Below the pieces are notes generated by a model that was not told where the DNA came from, ran no database searches, and saw nothing but the letters and a program-made list of their open reading frames with translations. 64,000 nt of DNA from an uncultured delta proteobacterium (lineage in GTDB: Bacteria > Desulfobacterota > Desulfobacteria > Desulfobacterales > QNYZ01). The position numbers and the translations under genes were made by a program. Position 1 is the stretch's first letter. Each line of letters opens with the position of its first letter. Shown here one piece after another: positions 51,794 to 62,700 of this stretch. Where the stretch lies: positions 32,001 through 96,000 of the forward strand of contig CAWJQU010000005.1 in NCBI GenBank assembly GCA_963845145.1, in the 5' to 3' direction.

Positions 51794-53771
51794 CTAGTTT
51801 ATCACTTCCCTGATCATTTCTGTGATCAGGGCAAAATTGAATTGATCGGCCAACCGTTTCAATTCTGCTGCCAGGGTGGGGTTGAGTATCCGAATTTTAT
51901 CGATAACTGCGTTTACTGCGTTCATGTTTGCCTTTAGCGCCTCATTGTAAAGCGTCTCAACGATCTCACGGGGCAAGGCTTCCAATGCTGAGTTTAACGC
52001 TTCAACCATCTTAAACGTCGTCTCTTTTTTATCCTGATATTCCCATTTTAGGCCCAAATGGGTAGCCATCATTGTGAGCAAATCATACTCCTTAAATGGT
52101 TTGATGAGAAAATCGTCACACCCGGCCTCAAAAATTTTAACATGTTCCTCTTCAAAACTATTTGCGGTCAAGGCCAGGATTTTGATGTGTCTCCCGTCGG
52201 GACTACTCTTGATGTGTCTGGTCGCCTCATAGCCATCCATTACCGGCATTCGTATATCCATCCAGATCAGGTGGGGTTTGAATTGCTTGCACTGTTCCAC
52301 AGCCACTTGTCCATTTTCGGCTTCGCGGACATCAAAACCTAAAGGACGTAGCAGCTTGCCCAATAGCTCGCGACTGATAGGCATGTCATCCACGACCAGA
52401 ATACGATAACCGGACTGGCCCTCCTTTAGGTGGCGTATCTGCCGTCTCCTGGATTTATCATTGAGGGCATGTGGGTCTTTGATGCATTCGACCTGAATGT
52501 TAAAAACAAAAACGGTACCTTTCCCGGGCTGGCTGTCGACGGTGATATCGCCACCCATGAAGTTTAGAAATTTTTGACTGATGACCAAACCCAATCCGGT
52601 ACCCTTTTGTATTGTCCGTCCTGATTGAGTCTGTGAAAATGCTTTGAATAGTTTATCCATTTCATCGGCATCAATACCTTGCCCCGTATCTCTGACAGTA
52701 AAGCAAAGTGTTATTAGATTTCTATTTTTAACAACAGCCATAGGTTTATCTAAACCAACTGTAACCGTCACTTCTCCAGTCGGCGTAAATTTAATGGCAT
52801 TATCCACCAGATTGATCAATATTTGACGCAACTTAGCCAAATCCGTTTTTATGGTTGCGGGCACGTTATCTGCTATGTTAAAAATTAACTTTATTCCTTT
52901 TTCACGCGCAGTTAAGGAGAACATCTCTTCAATATCGTTCAACAACTTGCCAATATGGGTAACAACCAAGCTAATTTTTAGTTGATCGGCTTCAATCCGC
53001 GATAACTCCAAAACATTATTTATTAATAGTAAAAGATGTTCTCCACTTCGATTGATTATGGAAAGGTTTTCACTTTGTCTCCTGGAAAGAGGCTCCTTAC
53101 CTATAGCATCATCGCGTAAAAGAAGATTTGAATATCCGATAACCGTATTTAATGGCGTGCGCAATTCGTGCGTGATACCAGCTAAAAACTCGCTTTTGGC
53201 TTTATTTGAAAATTCGGCCAGGTTCTTTGCTTTTTCTATTTCTTTAGTTCTATCTTGTATGATTAGGTCTTGGTTTTTGATTAGTTGCGCATTTCGCAAA
53301 ACTAAAACAACTGTTTCAAGCAATACATCCAGTACTTCTACAATCAATTTCAGACCTTTATTATCCACCAATCCAAATGCAATAATACCGCCTATCAGTT
53401 TTCGATGGTCTGATACTGGACAAACCATATTTACCAAAAATCCGTTCTTCCTTAGAAAGTCAGAAAACCCACTCGGCGCATCCATATACCTCAAAATCGA
53501 TGCTTCATTTTTATTATCAAACAATTTTTTTACATCACCAATGCGTATGTTTTTTTTCAAATGGTTTGATCGCTCAGGATTTATGAAGATAATCGCCGAT
53601 TCATTGCGAAGCTCGGAGTTTTCAAATAGCATAACGGCTCTTGCACCGGTAAGTTCTCGCAACAGACCGGTGAGTTTTTGAACGAATAGATTAAAGTTAT
53701 CAGAATATTTTAAAACCTCACTGAACAAGATCTAGAGCCATAAAAGGAACGCTGGGATCTCTATCAGGCAT
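51794..53771 (-). CDS. Cytoplasmic hybrid histidine kinase (GAF-like input-HisKA-HATPase-REC-tail), apparent +1 indel near 53727
   Basis: THELRTPLN, NAIKF, DTGQGI, GTGLGL, WMDIRMP, with no TM helix. GGAG RBS and ATG 53771 (MPDRDPSVPFMALD) join FSEVLKY if one base is removed. The as-read ORF starts at 53728. Confidence 0.88.
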
Positions 53772-53825
53772 TTTTCACTCCAGTGCAAATCAACCGAACT
53801 CTTAATGACATATTCATTTATCGGA

Positions 53826-54851
53826 TTATCGATAACCATTAGTAAAATTTTTAACAGTTTTCTGAAGGATTAAAAGATTTTCAACGGGTGTATCATAGTT
53901 AACATCCGGGCCTGTCATAGTAAAAATAGAATGAGGATCATGTCGTTGCTCCTTTAGTACTTTTAACGTTTTACGTTTGACGCCATCGGGTGAATATTTG
54001 TCCAGGTTTGGTCCATCAATTCCCCCAAAAAGAAGCTGTTCGGGTTTGATTAAACCGCGTGCCTTTTCCAAGGAATCTCTGTGGTCGATTACAAATCCTG
54101 CCAGATTAGGAAGGTCTTTCAATATATCCAAAAAATCAAGATATAAGGCACCAACGTGGTGAAGTACCACAGGTATCTTTAGCTCAGAAAAAACCTTAGT
54201 GAGTACCGGAATTGCATATCTTTTAACAATTTCTCGAGTAACGATGCTTGGTAATGTAAAAACAGAAGGAAATATAAAAAAATCCGCACCCGCTTTTGTA
54301 AGGGCACTGGCCCACTTCATAAAAAAGGGTATGGTTAACGCCAATAAATTTTCTACTCTTGAATCTTCATCAATGACAGCAGGAAGCCAATTTTCCATTG
54401 AAGTGATCATAATCGGAATATCTACCGGGTTGAGAATCGGGGCTGCAATCATATAATCGGCACCAAAAGTATCTTTCAATTTTTCCACTACCATCCTTGT
54501 ATAAACAAGGCGGGGTGAATTTTCTATTTTTGGTATCGTAAGTTTAGATATTTGGTCGAGCGAAGCTATCGCCGGAATTTTTAGGTTGGGCGGTTGCTTT
54601 GGCAGATAGATTGTTTTGGAGCCAAACGCCTCTCCCTCTTGTGCCAATATAAAAGGTGACACGATAATATCCGGGTTAACCAATTCGACGACTCTCTTTT
54701 GCCCCTCTAAGTATGCATCAGGGTTACTATAATATCGATCGATTGGGCAGTTCGTAAGTTTTGCACCGTATAAACTAAGAACTCCCGCAAAAGAGGGGCG
54801 ATCAGGGAACTCCCCTTTAATGACAGCCAATACCCGTTCCTTACCATTCAT
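53826..54851 (-). CDS. UroD/MtaA-CmuA fold protein (methylcobamide methyltransferase-like) lacking the Zn-binding cysteines
   Basis: MNGKERVLA....PDRP, EGEAFGS, AGADF, VVLHHVG, FGGID, TPVENL. Confidence 0.82.
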   Translation of the reverse strand: MNGKERVLAVIKGEFPDRPSFAGVLSLYGAKLTNCPIDRYYSNPDAYLEGQKRVVELVNPDIIVSPFILAQEGEAFGSKTIYLPKQPPNLKIPAIASLDQISKLTIPKIENSPRLVYTRMVVEKLKDTFGADYMIAAPILNPVDIPIMITSMENWLPAVIDEDSRVENLLALTIPFFMKWASALTKAGADFFIFPSVFTLPSIVTREIVKRYAIPVLTKVFSELKIPVVLHHVGALYLDFLDILKDLPNLAGFVIDHRDSLEKARGLIKPEQLLFGGIDGPNLDKYSPDGVKRKTLKVLKEQRHDPHSIFTMTGPDVNYDTPVENLLILQKTVKNFTNGYR

Positions 54852-54872
54852 TTTTTTAATTCCCTATCAAGT

Positions 54873-55514
54873 TTATCCATTAAATCCGGGACATCTAGCC
54901 GTCCCACAGGAGCCATCCGCTCCCACAATATCTTTTAAATCTTTTCGAAGACCAAACACAGCCCCACCGACGGCCAGTTTAATCTTGCCTGAAAGTCCAC
55001 GCCTATCTAATTCTACACGAACTTTTTTTATGTTTAATGCTGTAGAATACATCATCGCCGACAATCCGATTATACCTGCTCCTACCTTAAGTGCTTCATC
55101 AACGATTTTATCGGCCATGACATCATTCCCCATATCGATCACCTTCCAACCTTTGGCGCGAAGGATTGCGACGGAAATATCGCGCCCCAGCGAATGGAAA
55201 TCATCTTCTATATTAGCCATGATGATGGGCCCTTTTTTCTGCGAAGAAACGGGTGCATTTTTTTCGGCTTTTTTAAGGGCCATCGCTATCCCTTTTTTGG
55301 CCACTTTGCCGAGAACATAAGCCTGTGCCAAAGTCGGTTCTTTTTTCTTCATACACTCGTGACCCGCTTTTTCTAAAACAGGAAGAAGAACATATCGAAT
55401 AAAACTGTCATCAGATAAATCCTCAAGCAATCGTTCAATTGCGGTTATCGCATCAATACTGTTAGCGGTTAAAATACAACCAACAAGCGTATCTATCTCT
55501 TTTTTATATTTCAT
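54873..55514 (-). CDS. Corrinoid (B12)-binding protein: cap domain plus base-off/His-on Rossmann domain
   Basis: EDDFHSLG (DxHxxG), VIDMGNDV, IGLSAMM, AVGGA, GADG. The true C-terminus is probably ..DVPDLMDKLDRELKK* ending at 54848 after an indel near 54896. Confidence 0.9.
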   Translation of the reverse strand: MKYKKEIDTLVGCILTANSIDAITAIERLLEDLSDDSFIRYVLLPVLEKAGHECMKKKEPTLAQAYVLGKVAKKGIAMALKKAEKNAPVSSQKKGPIIMANIEDDFHSLGRDISVAILRAKGWKVIDMGNDVMADKIVDEALKVGAGIIGLSAMMYSTALNIKKVRVELDRRGLSGKIKLAVGGAVFGLRKDLKDIVGADGSCGTARCPGFNG

Positions 55515-55645
55515 TTTTGTATTCTTTTTTGTTAATGGAAAAAATAAAAAGTTTATATGTGCTTTCCATAGAGATACTATTTATATTGGGTTCAATTTTA
55601 TTTCTTAAATAGCCGCTGTAAGAAGTGAGAGCTGGGTTCATAAAT

Positions 55646-58600
55646 TTAGTTTATTACCCCTCTGATCATTTCCGCTAATTGGGCAAACTTAAATTGATCG
55701 GCCAGCTGTTTAAATTCTGCGGCTATGCCAGGATTGTGTGTATAAATCTCATCGATCAATTCGTTAACCGTTTTTATGTTTGCCCTTACCGCCTCGTTGT
55801 AAAGCGCCTCGACAAGCTCACGGGGTAAGGCTTCTAAAGCAGGAGTAAATGCTTCAGAAGCTTCAATGTTCTCTTCTTTGCTATCTTCATACGCCCAGTT
55901 TATTTCCAAGTGTTCGGCCATCATCTCCAACAGATCATTCGCTTTAAACGGTTTAGATAAACAATCGTCACAGCCGCTTTCAAGAATCTTAGCGCGCTCT
56001 TCTTCAAAACTATTTGCGGTCAGAGCCAGTATCTTTGTTTGACCACCACCAGGGGCGGCTTTGATGCGCCTGGTGGCCTCATACCCGTCCATCACGGGCA
56101 TACGTATGTCCATCCAGATCAGGTGTGGATTGAATCTTTCCCATTGTTCAATGCCCGTTTGCCCGTTTTCCGCTTCGCGCACATCAAAGCCCAGGGGGCG
56201 AAGCAGCCGGACCACCAATGCACGGCTGTTCGGCATGTCATCCACAACCAGAATACGATAGCGGGTCTGACCTGATTGAAGGCCGGAGATCATCCGGCTG
56301 GTCGGTTTTCTGTCGCGGAGGGGTGGGGCTTCGGTTCGTTTTGCAGGGATTTCAAAAGCAAAAACGCTGCCTTTCCCAGGCTGGCTGTTGACCGTTATAT
56401 CGCCACCCATAAGTTTCACAAACTTCTGACTGATCGACAGACCCAGGCCCGTGCCTTTCTGTGTTTCCCGACCCGATTGTGTCTGCGCAAAGACATTAAA
56501 CAAAACGGCCTGCTCATCAGGGGCTATCCCCTCCCCGGTATCGCTTACTTCAAAGCGCAGACGGACTGAATCCGAATCATCTCCAGGCGAGGATGCTCCA
56601 GCCCGAACCCTCACGACACCTTTTTCGGTAAACTTAACGGCATTGCTTAATAAATTAATCAGCACCTGCCGCAATTTTACTTTATCGGTTTTTACAAAGC
56701 GCGGCAGATCAGCGGCGAGTTCGAATTCCAGACGCAAACCTTTTTGTGCTGCATCGTGGGTAAACATATCTTCAAGACTGAGGCGCAATTCGTCCAGATC
56801 ACAAGATGTTATATTAACCGAGACACGCCCGGATTCAATACGGGACAATTCCAGCACATCGTCGACCAGCGTCAGCAGATGTTCGCCGCTGCGGTGGACA
56901 ATGGATAAATTCTCCTTTTGGGCGGACGAGAGCGTCTCCAGGCCCGTAGCGGCATCCCGCAGCAGATATCGGAAAAACCGATAACCGTGTTTAACGGCGT
57001 ACGCAATTCATGCGTCATTCTTGCCAGAAAGGAAGTCTTGGCCTGGTTGGAGGCATCTGCCTGCTCTTTGGCTTGCTCAAGTTCAATAGTGCGTTCCCCG
57101 ACCAGATCCTCCAGGTGGTTCTGATAGGTCATGAGTTCATTTTCCGCATTCTTACGATTTGAGATATCTTCCAACACGGATATAAAGTATTTGGGCCGTC
57201 CATCTTTCTGCTTCGCCATGGATACTGTAAGATTCGCCCAGACAATGCTTGCGTCTTTACGAATGTAGCGTTTTTCAATGCTATAGGTATCTATTTCCGC
57301 AGCCCACATTCTCCGAACGTAATCCAGGTCTCCATCCAGATCATCAGGGTAGGTGATATCCTGAAATCTGATTTGCAGGAGCTCCTCGCGTGAGTAACCG
57401 ACAATTTCGCACAATTTATCATTCACTCGGATCCATCGTCCGTCGCTCGCTACATGGGCAATGCCTACCGCTGCCTGTGCAAAAATAGCACGGAATCTCT
57501 CCTCACTTTCGCGCAACGCCGCCTCTGCCCGTTTGCGAGCGGTAATATCAGAGTGGGTTCCAATAAAACGGACAGGGGTTCCTATTTCATTGCGTTTGAC
57601 AATTTTCCCCCTTCCACGAATCCACATATAGCGCTTATCCTTACGCAAAAACCTGAATTCAATTTCAAAGGATTCAAGGTCTCCGGCCAGATATTGCTCT
57701 ATGGCCAATTTTGCCTGCCCGATATCCTCAGGATGAACCCGCTGCTCCCATTCTTCAAAAACACCTGGAAACTCATTGGGCTCATAACCGGCCATTGTGT
57801 AGTAGCGTGCGTCGTAATCAAGGGTGTTTTTGTCCAGATGCCAGTCCCATATACCGTCATTTGCCCCGAACATGGCCAGATCGAGACGCTCCTGGCTATG
57901 TCGCAGAGCCTCTTCTACTTTTTTTCGCTCTAAGACTTCCTTTCTTAGCACCTCTATTTTTTCTTTCACGCTGTCACGCATGATAAATATCGCCCGGCAA
58001 AGTACCCCAAGCTCATTTTCACCATATTCAACAGTCGCTTGATCAAGGTTCCCCCGTGCAATATCAGAGGATATTTCGGTCAACTTTTTAACAGGCCCTA
58101 CAAACCGCAACTGCAGCAAAAGAACCAATGCTGCCACCAGCGCCAGGTCGATGAATAAAATCTGAAAAGCGGTTGCTTGTAAAACCTCAAACAATGACTT
58201 TTCCAAAAAGGCCCTGGTAGTGACAACATTTACATAACCGAGGTGTTCTTCTTTTAAAAAAAGTTTCTCACTGCGACTAAGCCCCCCAAGGTGAGAATGT
58301 GTTTATCCGTTTTTTGAATTTGACTTTGTTCATTTTTTTTAAAAGCGATAAGAGGCACTTTATTTATATTGTCCACGCCGACATAGATAAAGTCCTCCCT
58401 ATTAAGGACGGCCAAACATATATCCTCAGCCGTTGGGATATCATAATTATATATGGGTTTAGCTAAGCTTTTAGAAAGGGTGCGAAAAGCTATCTTGAGG
58501 TCCTCATTCAACCGTGCCTCCATTTCCGTGGCCGTATTGCTATAGCGATACCAGCCGGATACGGTCAATATAATCGTGGTTACAACCATGACCAAAAGGG

Positions 58601-58652
58601 ATAGCTGAAGTGTCAAGCTTGCCTTGATATACCGTAAGATAAACCGAACCAT
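55646..58652 (-). pseudogene. Membrane hybrid histidine kinase (2TM-HAMP-PAS-PAS-HisKA-HATPase-REC-tail), split by two -1 indels
   Basis: ORFs 58254-58652, 56872-58206 and 55646-56857 join on restoring one base at the T7 run (58256-58262) and one at about 56966 (GFSD-xLLRDAATG). Confidence 0.85.
55681..55795. repeat. 115-bp exact direct repeat, copy 1 (3' end of kinase)
   Basis: gggcaaacttaaattgatcgg...cttaccgcctc is identical to 59754-59868. Confidence 0.9.
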
Positions 58653-58804
58653 CCGGCTATTCTCCGGCCTTGTTTTTTTTCCAACACATAAAATTTTCCA
58701 TTAATCTGAATCGCTTCTCACCCCTGAATTTCGAGCTATTGACATAGTGCCGGCAGGAAATCGGCAATTGGATCTTTTTAAAATCAGACTGTGTGAACAT
58801 TCGA

Positions 58805-59590
58805 TTATCGGATATACTTGCTCTCGATGTCTTCAATTATCCCTTCTTTTTTCATTTCTCTCAATACTTTCCCAAGTTCAGGAAGTATTCTTAGAAAGGG
58901 CGACTGTGAATTGATAAAAAAGCAATAAGATTGACTGATTGACGCCGGCATCTCAATTATTTTCTCTTGTAACCCTAATTTTTTAATTTGAAAAAGCCCC
59001 ATATGCCTTGCCATTATCATTGCATCTGCGCGCCCCTCGGCAATAAATTTGAACAGGGAGTCCCACCCTAAAAAATGGACATCAAACCCATTGTCACTCA
59101 TCGCCTCAAAGGGTGCTTCTCCCCGGCCTGCAACCCACTTGAATGGTCGTAGCGCCTCCCATTTGTAAAGATCCGCATTATAAGAAAAGTTAGCTGTATT
59201 TTTAAGCGCTCGTATCTTCTCAATCATAGGGCTGCCCGCATATGCAAAAATCCGCTGGCCGCCCAAAAGTGCCACCTCGGGGCAAGACTGTGCCCAGTCA
59301 TCTTGAAGGGAGCACGGTCGGAGGAAACCATCAACCTTACCCGCTTTGGCCATTTCAACTGTTCTTTTCCACGGATATTTTTTATGAATGACCCGCATGC
59401 CCATACGTTTTTCTATCGCGGCCGTAACCAAATCAATAAAAATACCCCGCATCTGGCCTTCTTCTTCCCAGCAATAGGGTGGTAAGTTATTATCATAGCT
59501 GAAAGATATCGTGTCTTCCGCATGGAGAAGAGAAATAGGAAGGATCAAGCATAATGTAATTAAGGCGAAGATAACCACGGTTTTCCTCAT
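58805..59590 (-). CDS. Family 3 (polar amino acid type) periplasmic substrate-binding protein, orphan
   Basis: Signal peptide MRKTVV..LHA, LPPY, GIFIDL, YPWKR, EGRADA, MKKEG.I..I..KY. Confidence 0.85.
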   Translation of the reverse strand: MRKTVVIFALITLCLILPISLLHAEDTISFSYDNNLPPYCWEEEGQMRGIFIDLVTAAIEKRMGMRVIHKKYPWKRTVEMAKAGKVDGFLRPCSLQDDWAQSCPEVALLGGQRIFAYAGSPMIEKIRALKNTANFSYNADLYKWEALRPFKWVAGRGEAPFEAMSDNGFDVHFLGWDSLFKFIAEGRADAMIMARHMGLFQIKKLGLQEKIIEMPASISQSYCFFINSQSPFLRILPELGKVLREMKKEGIIEDIESKYIR

Positions 59591-59718
59591 TGTTTTTCCC
59601 TCCTTTATGCATAACACATACTATTGCTAAAAATTTATCGATGGTAAATATGCCTCAAATCTCATATCGGAAAAGATATAAATAACTAAAACTAAAGATA
59701 CGGGGTGCACCCAATAAA

Positions 59719-62700
59719 CTAACTTAACAGTCCTTTCATCTTTTCCGCTAACAGGGCAAACTTAAATTGATCGGCCAGCTGTTTAAATTCTGCGGCTATG
59801 CCAGGATTGTGTGTATAAATCTCATCGATCAATTCGTTAACCGTTTTTATGTTTGCCCTTACCGCCTCATTGTAAAGTGCCTCTGCAAGCTCACGGGGTA
59901 TAGCGGCTAATTCCTGGCTTATATCTTCAAAAGACGCTACGGTTGTCGCTTTGTTTTCCTCGTAGATCCAATGTATGTTTAAATGATCACCCATCATCTG
60001 TAGTAAATCGTCCACATCAAACGGTTTGCGTAGAAAATCATCGCAACCGGATTCAAGGATGCGGACGCGATCTTCCTCAAAACCACTGGCGGTTAAGGCC
60101 AGGATTTTAGTCGCCATTCCGCCGGGGCTGGCTTTGATGCGTTTGGTGGCCTCGTAGCCGCTCATCACCGGCATCCGCATATCCATCCAGATCAGATGAG
60201 GATCAAATAGCTCCCATTTTTCGATGGCCTCTTGCCCGTTTTCAGCCTCGCTTAACTCAAAACCCATCCGTCGAAGAAGCGTAACCAGCAAACTGCGGTT
60301 ACTTGCATTATCTTCGACTATCAAAATCCGAAAGACAGGTTGTCCCGGCTTGATTCCCACGATGTGCCGTTGCATAGATTCCAAAACCATTGGAGGGGTA
60401 TTAACCTTTTCCGCCCACATATCGAAAGTAAAGGTCATCCCGCAGTCAACCTGGTTCTTAGCAATAATTTTGCCACCCATCAGTTCTGCGAACTGTTGGC
60501 TGATGGCCAACCCCAGACCGGTGCCTTCCTGGGCGGTCCGGCCGAATCCGGTCTGGGAAAAAACGCCAAAGATGCCTTCCAGATCCTCGGGTGCAATCCC
60601 CACTCCGGTGTCACTGATTTCAAAGTACAGCCGAACGTCATCTATAGTGGCGGATGAATCATCCTGATGGCGGACGCCGGCCAAGACAGACACCTTTCCT
60701 TTTTCGGTGAACTTAACGCCATTGCCTACCAGGTTGATCAATACCTGACGCAGCTTGACCTCATCGACCCCGGCGAACCGCGGCAAATCTTCAGTCCGTT
60801 TAAACACCAAAGCCAGATTCTTTTCCCGCGCCTTAAGGGCGAACATATCTTCAATATCGTCGAGTAGTTTATGCAGATCGCACAAGACGATATCCAGGGT
60901 GACGCGACCGGCCTCAACACGGGAAAGCTCCAGCACATTGTTGATCAGAGTCAGCAGATGTTTGCCACTACGGTGAACGGTGAGAAGGTTCTCCTTTTGA
61001 GTGGGAGATAGGGCTTCCAGGCCACTGGCGGCGTCCCGCAACAGTAAATCAGAAAAGCCGAGAACCGTATTCAACGGCGTGCGCAATTCATGACTCATAT
61101 TGGCCAGGAAAGTACTCTTGGCTAGATTGGCCGCCTCGGCCTGGTCTTTGGCTTTCCTTATTCGGTCTTCAGCTTCTTTTCGTTCGGAAATGTCACGCGC
61201 GGCAGCGACCCTTATATGTCGGCCCTTGTAGGGCACCGTTTTTGCCCTGACTTCCAATTCAAGCGGTGAACGATCCGCTTTGATCCCGGCCACTTCATAC
61301 GGTTCCTCGGAACCGGCAAATATTTTTTTCTCGACCAGGACTCTGGATTCAGGTGTAATCAACACATTTAGATGCATACCAAGCAATTCGGAGTGGGGAT
61401 ATCCAAAAAGAGCTGTAGCAGCCTCATTGGCGTCCTCAATAACACCCTTGTCATGTATAATTACCGCCTCAAATGTTGATGCGGATAATCCGTGATACCG
61501 CTCCTCGCTTTCCTGAAACTCTTTGGTGCGCTCGGCGACCTGCTTTTCGAGTTCCAGATTTCGCCTCTCGACAGCGCCAACTCGCCAGCGATATCCGCCT
61601 AGCAACAATCCCATTATCCCCATTGCGACCAAACCCCGAAACCAGACCGATTGCCACCAGGAGGGCAAGATAGTGATGCTGACGGCTTTGCCTTCCTCGT
61701 TCCAAACGCCGTCATTATTGGAAGCCTTGACCCGGAAAGTGTAGTTGCCCGGGTCAAGGTTGGTGTAGGTTGCGAAGCGACGACTGCTATCGGTGTAATT
61801 CCATAGCTTGTCAAAGCCTTCCAGCATATAGGCATATTGGTTTTTATCGGGAAAACGGTAATTCAAGGCAGCAAACTCAAAAGAAAAAACCGATTGATCA
61901 TAAGCCAGGGTCAGCTTCTCCATCATTTGTATAGGCTGTTTTAAGGGAGAGTCCTTGTCTCCTATAAGCACCGGTTGGTTGAAAAGTTGAAAGTTGGTCA
62001 AGACCACTGGTGGGATATTGTTGTTGTCTTTCAGTTGCGCAGGGTTAAAGACATTCAGCCCCCCATTCCCGCCAAAGTAAAATCTACCGGCCTTGCCCTT
62101 GCAACCCGCTCCCGGTAAAAATTCAGCCGGTTGAACACCATCGGTGCTATCAAACGTCCGATAGGTTTCCGTTTTTGGATCGAAACGTGATAAACCTTTC
62201 CCATACAAGGCCATCCAGACAAAACCCGCCTCGTCCAAAAGCAGGCTGCCGATATTTGTATTTGGAATACCCTCATTAAAATGGGTGAAAATTCCTGTCT
62301 CCATGTCGAAACGATCCGGGCCGGCGCCGGTAGTAATCCACATTCTGTCCTCAGGATCGAATGCCATTTGGGCGATTTCATCATGAAACAGGCTGTCCGG
62401 ATCATCGGGATTATGAAAATAATGGCTAAATTTTTCTGTTTCGGGATCAAATTTATTTAAACCTCCCCCAAAAGTGGCAATCCACAACATGCCTTTCTTA
62501 TCTACAATTATGTCCATGACTAAATTGGCAGACAAACTGTTTTCATCATCCGGGTTATGCAGATAGTTGACAAATTGTCCCGTTTCCGGATTGAACCGAT
62601 TGAAACCTCCGCCGTAAGTGCCCACCCACAAACGGTCGGATTGGTCCTCAAAAATCCGCATGACCCAATTGTTACTCAAACTGGTCTGATCATTATCGCG

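Noticed and set aside
54873..55514. CarH-type B12 photoreceptor or a methylotrophy operon
   Set aside because: No W-x9-EH motif or DNA-binding domain, no substrate methyltransferase or activator, and the partner protein lacks the Zn cysteines.
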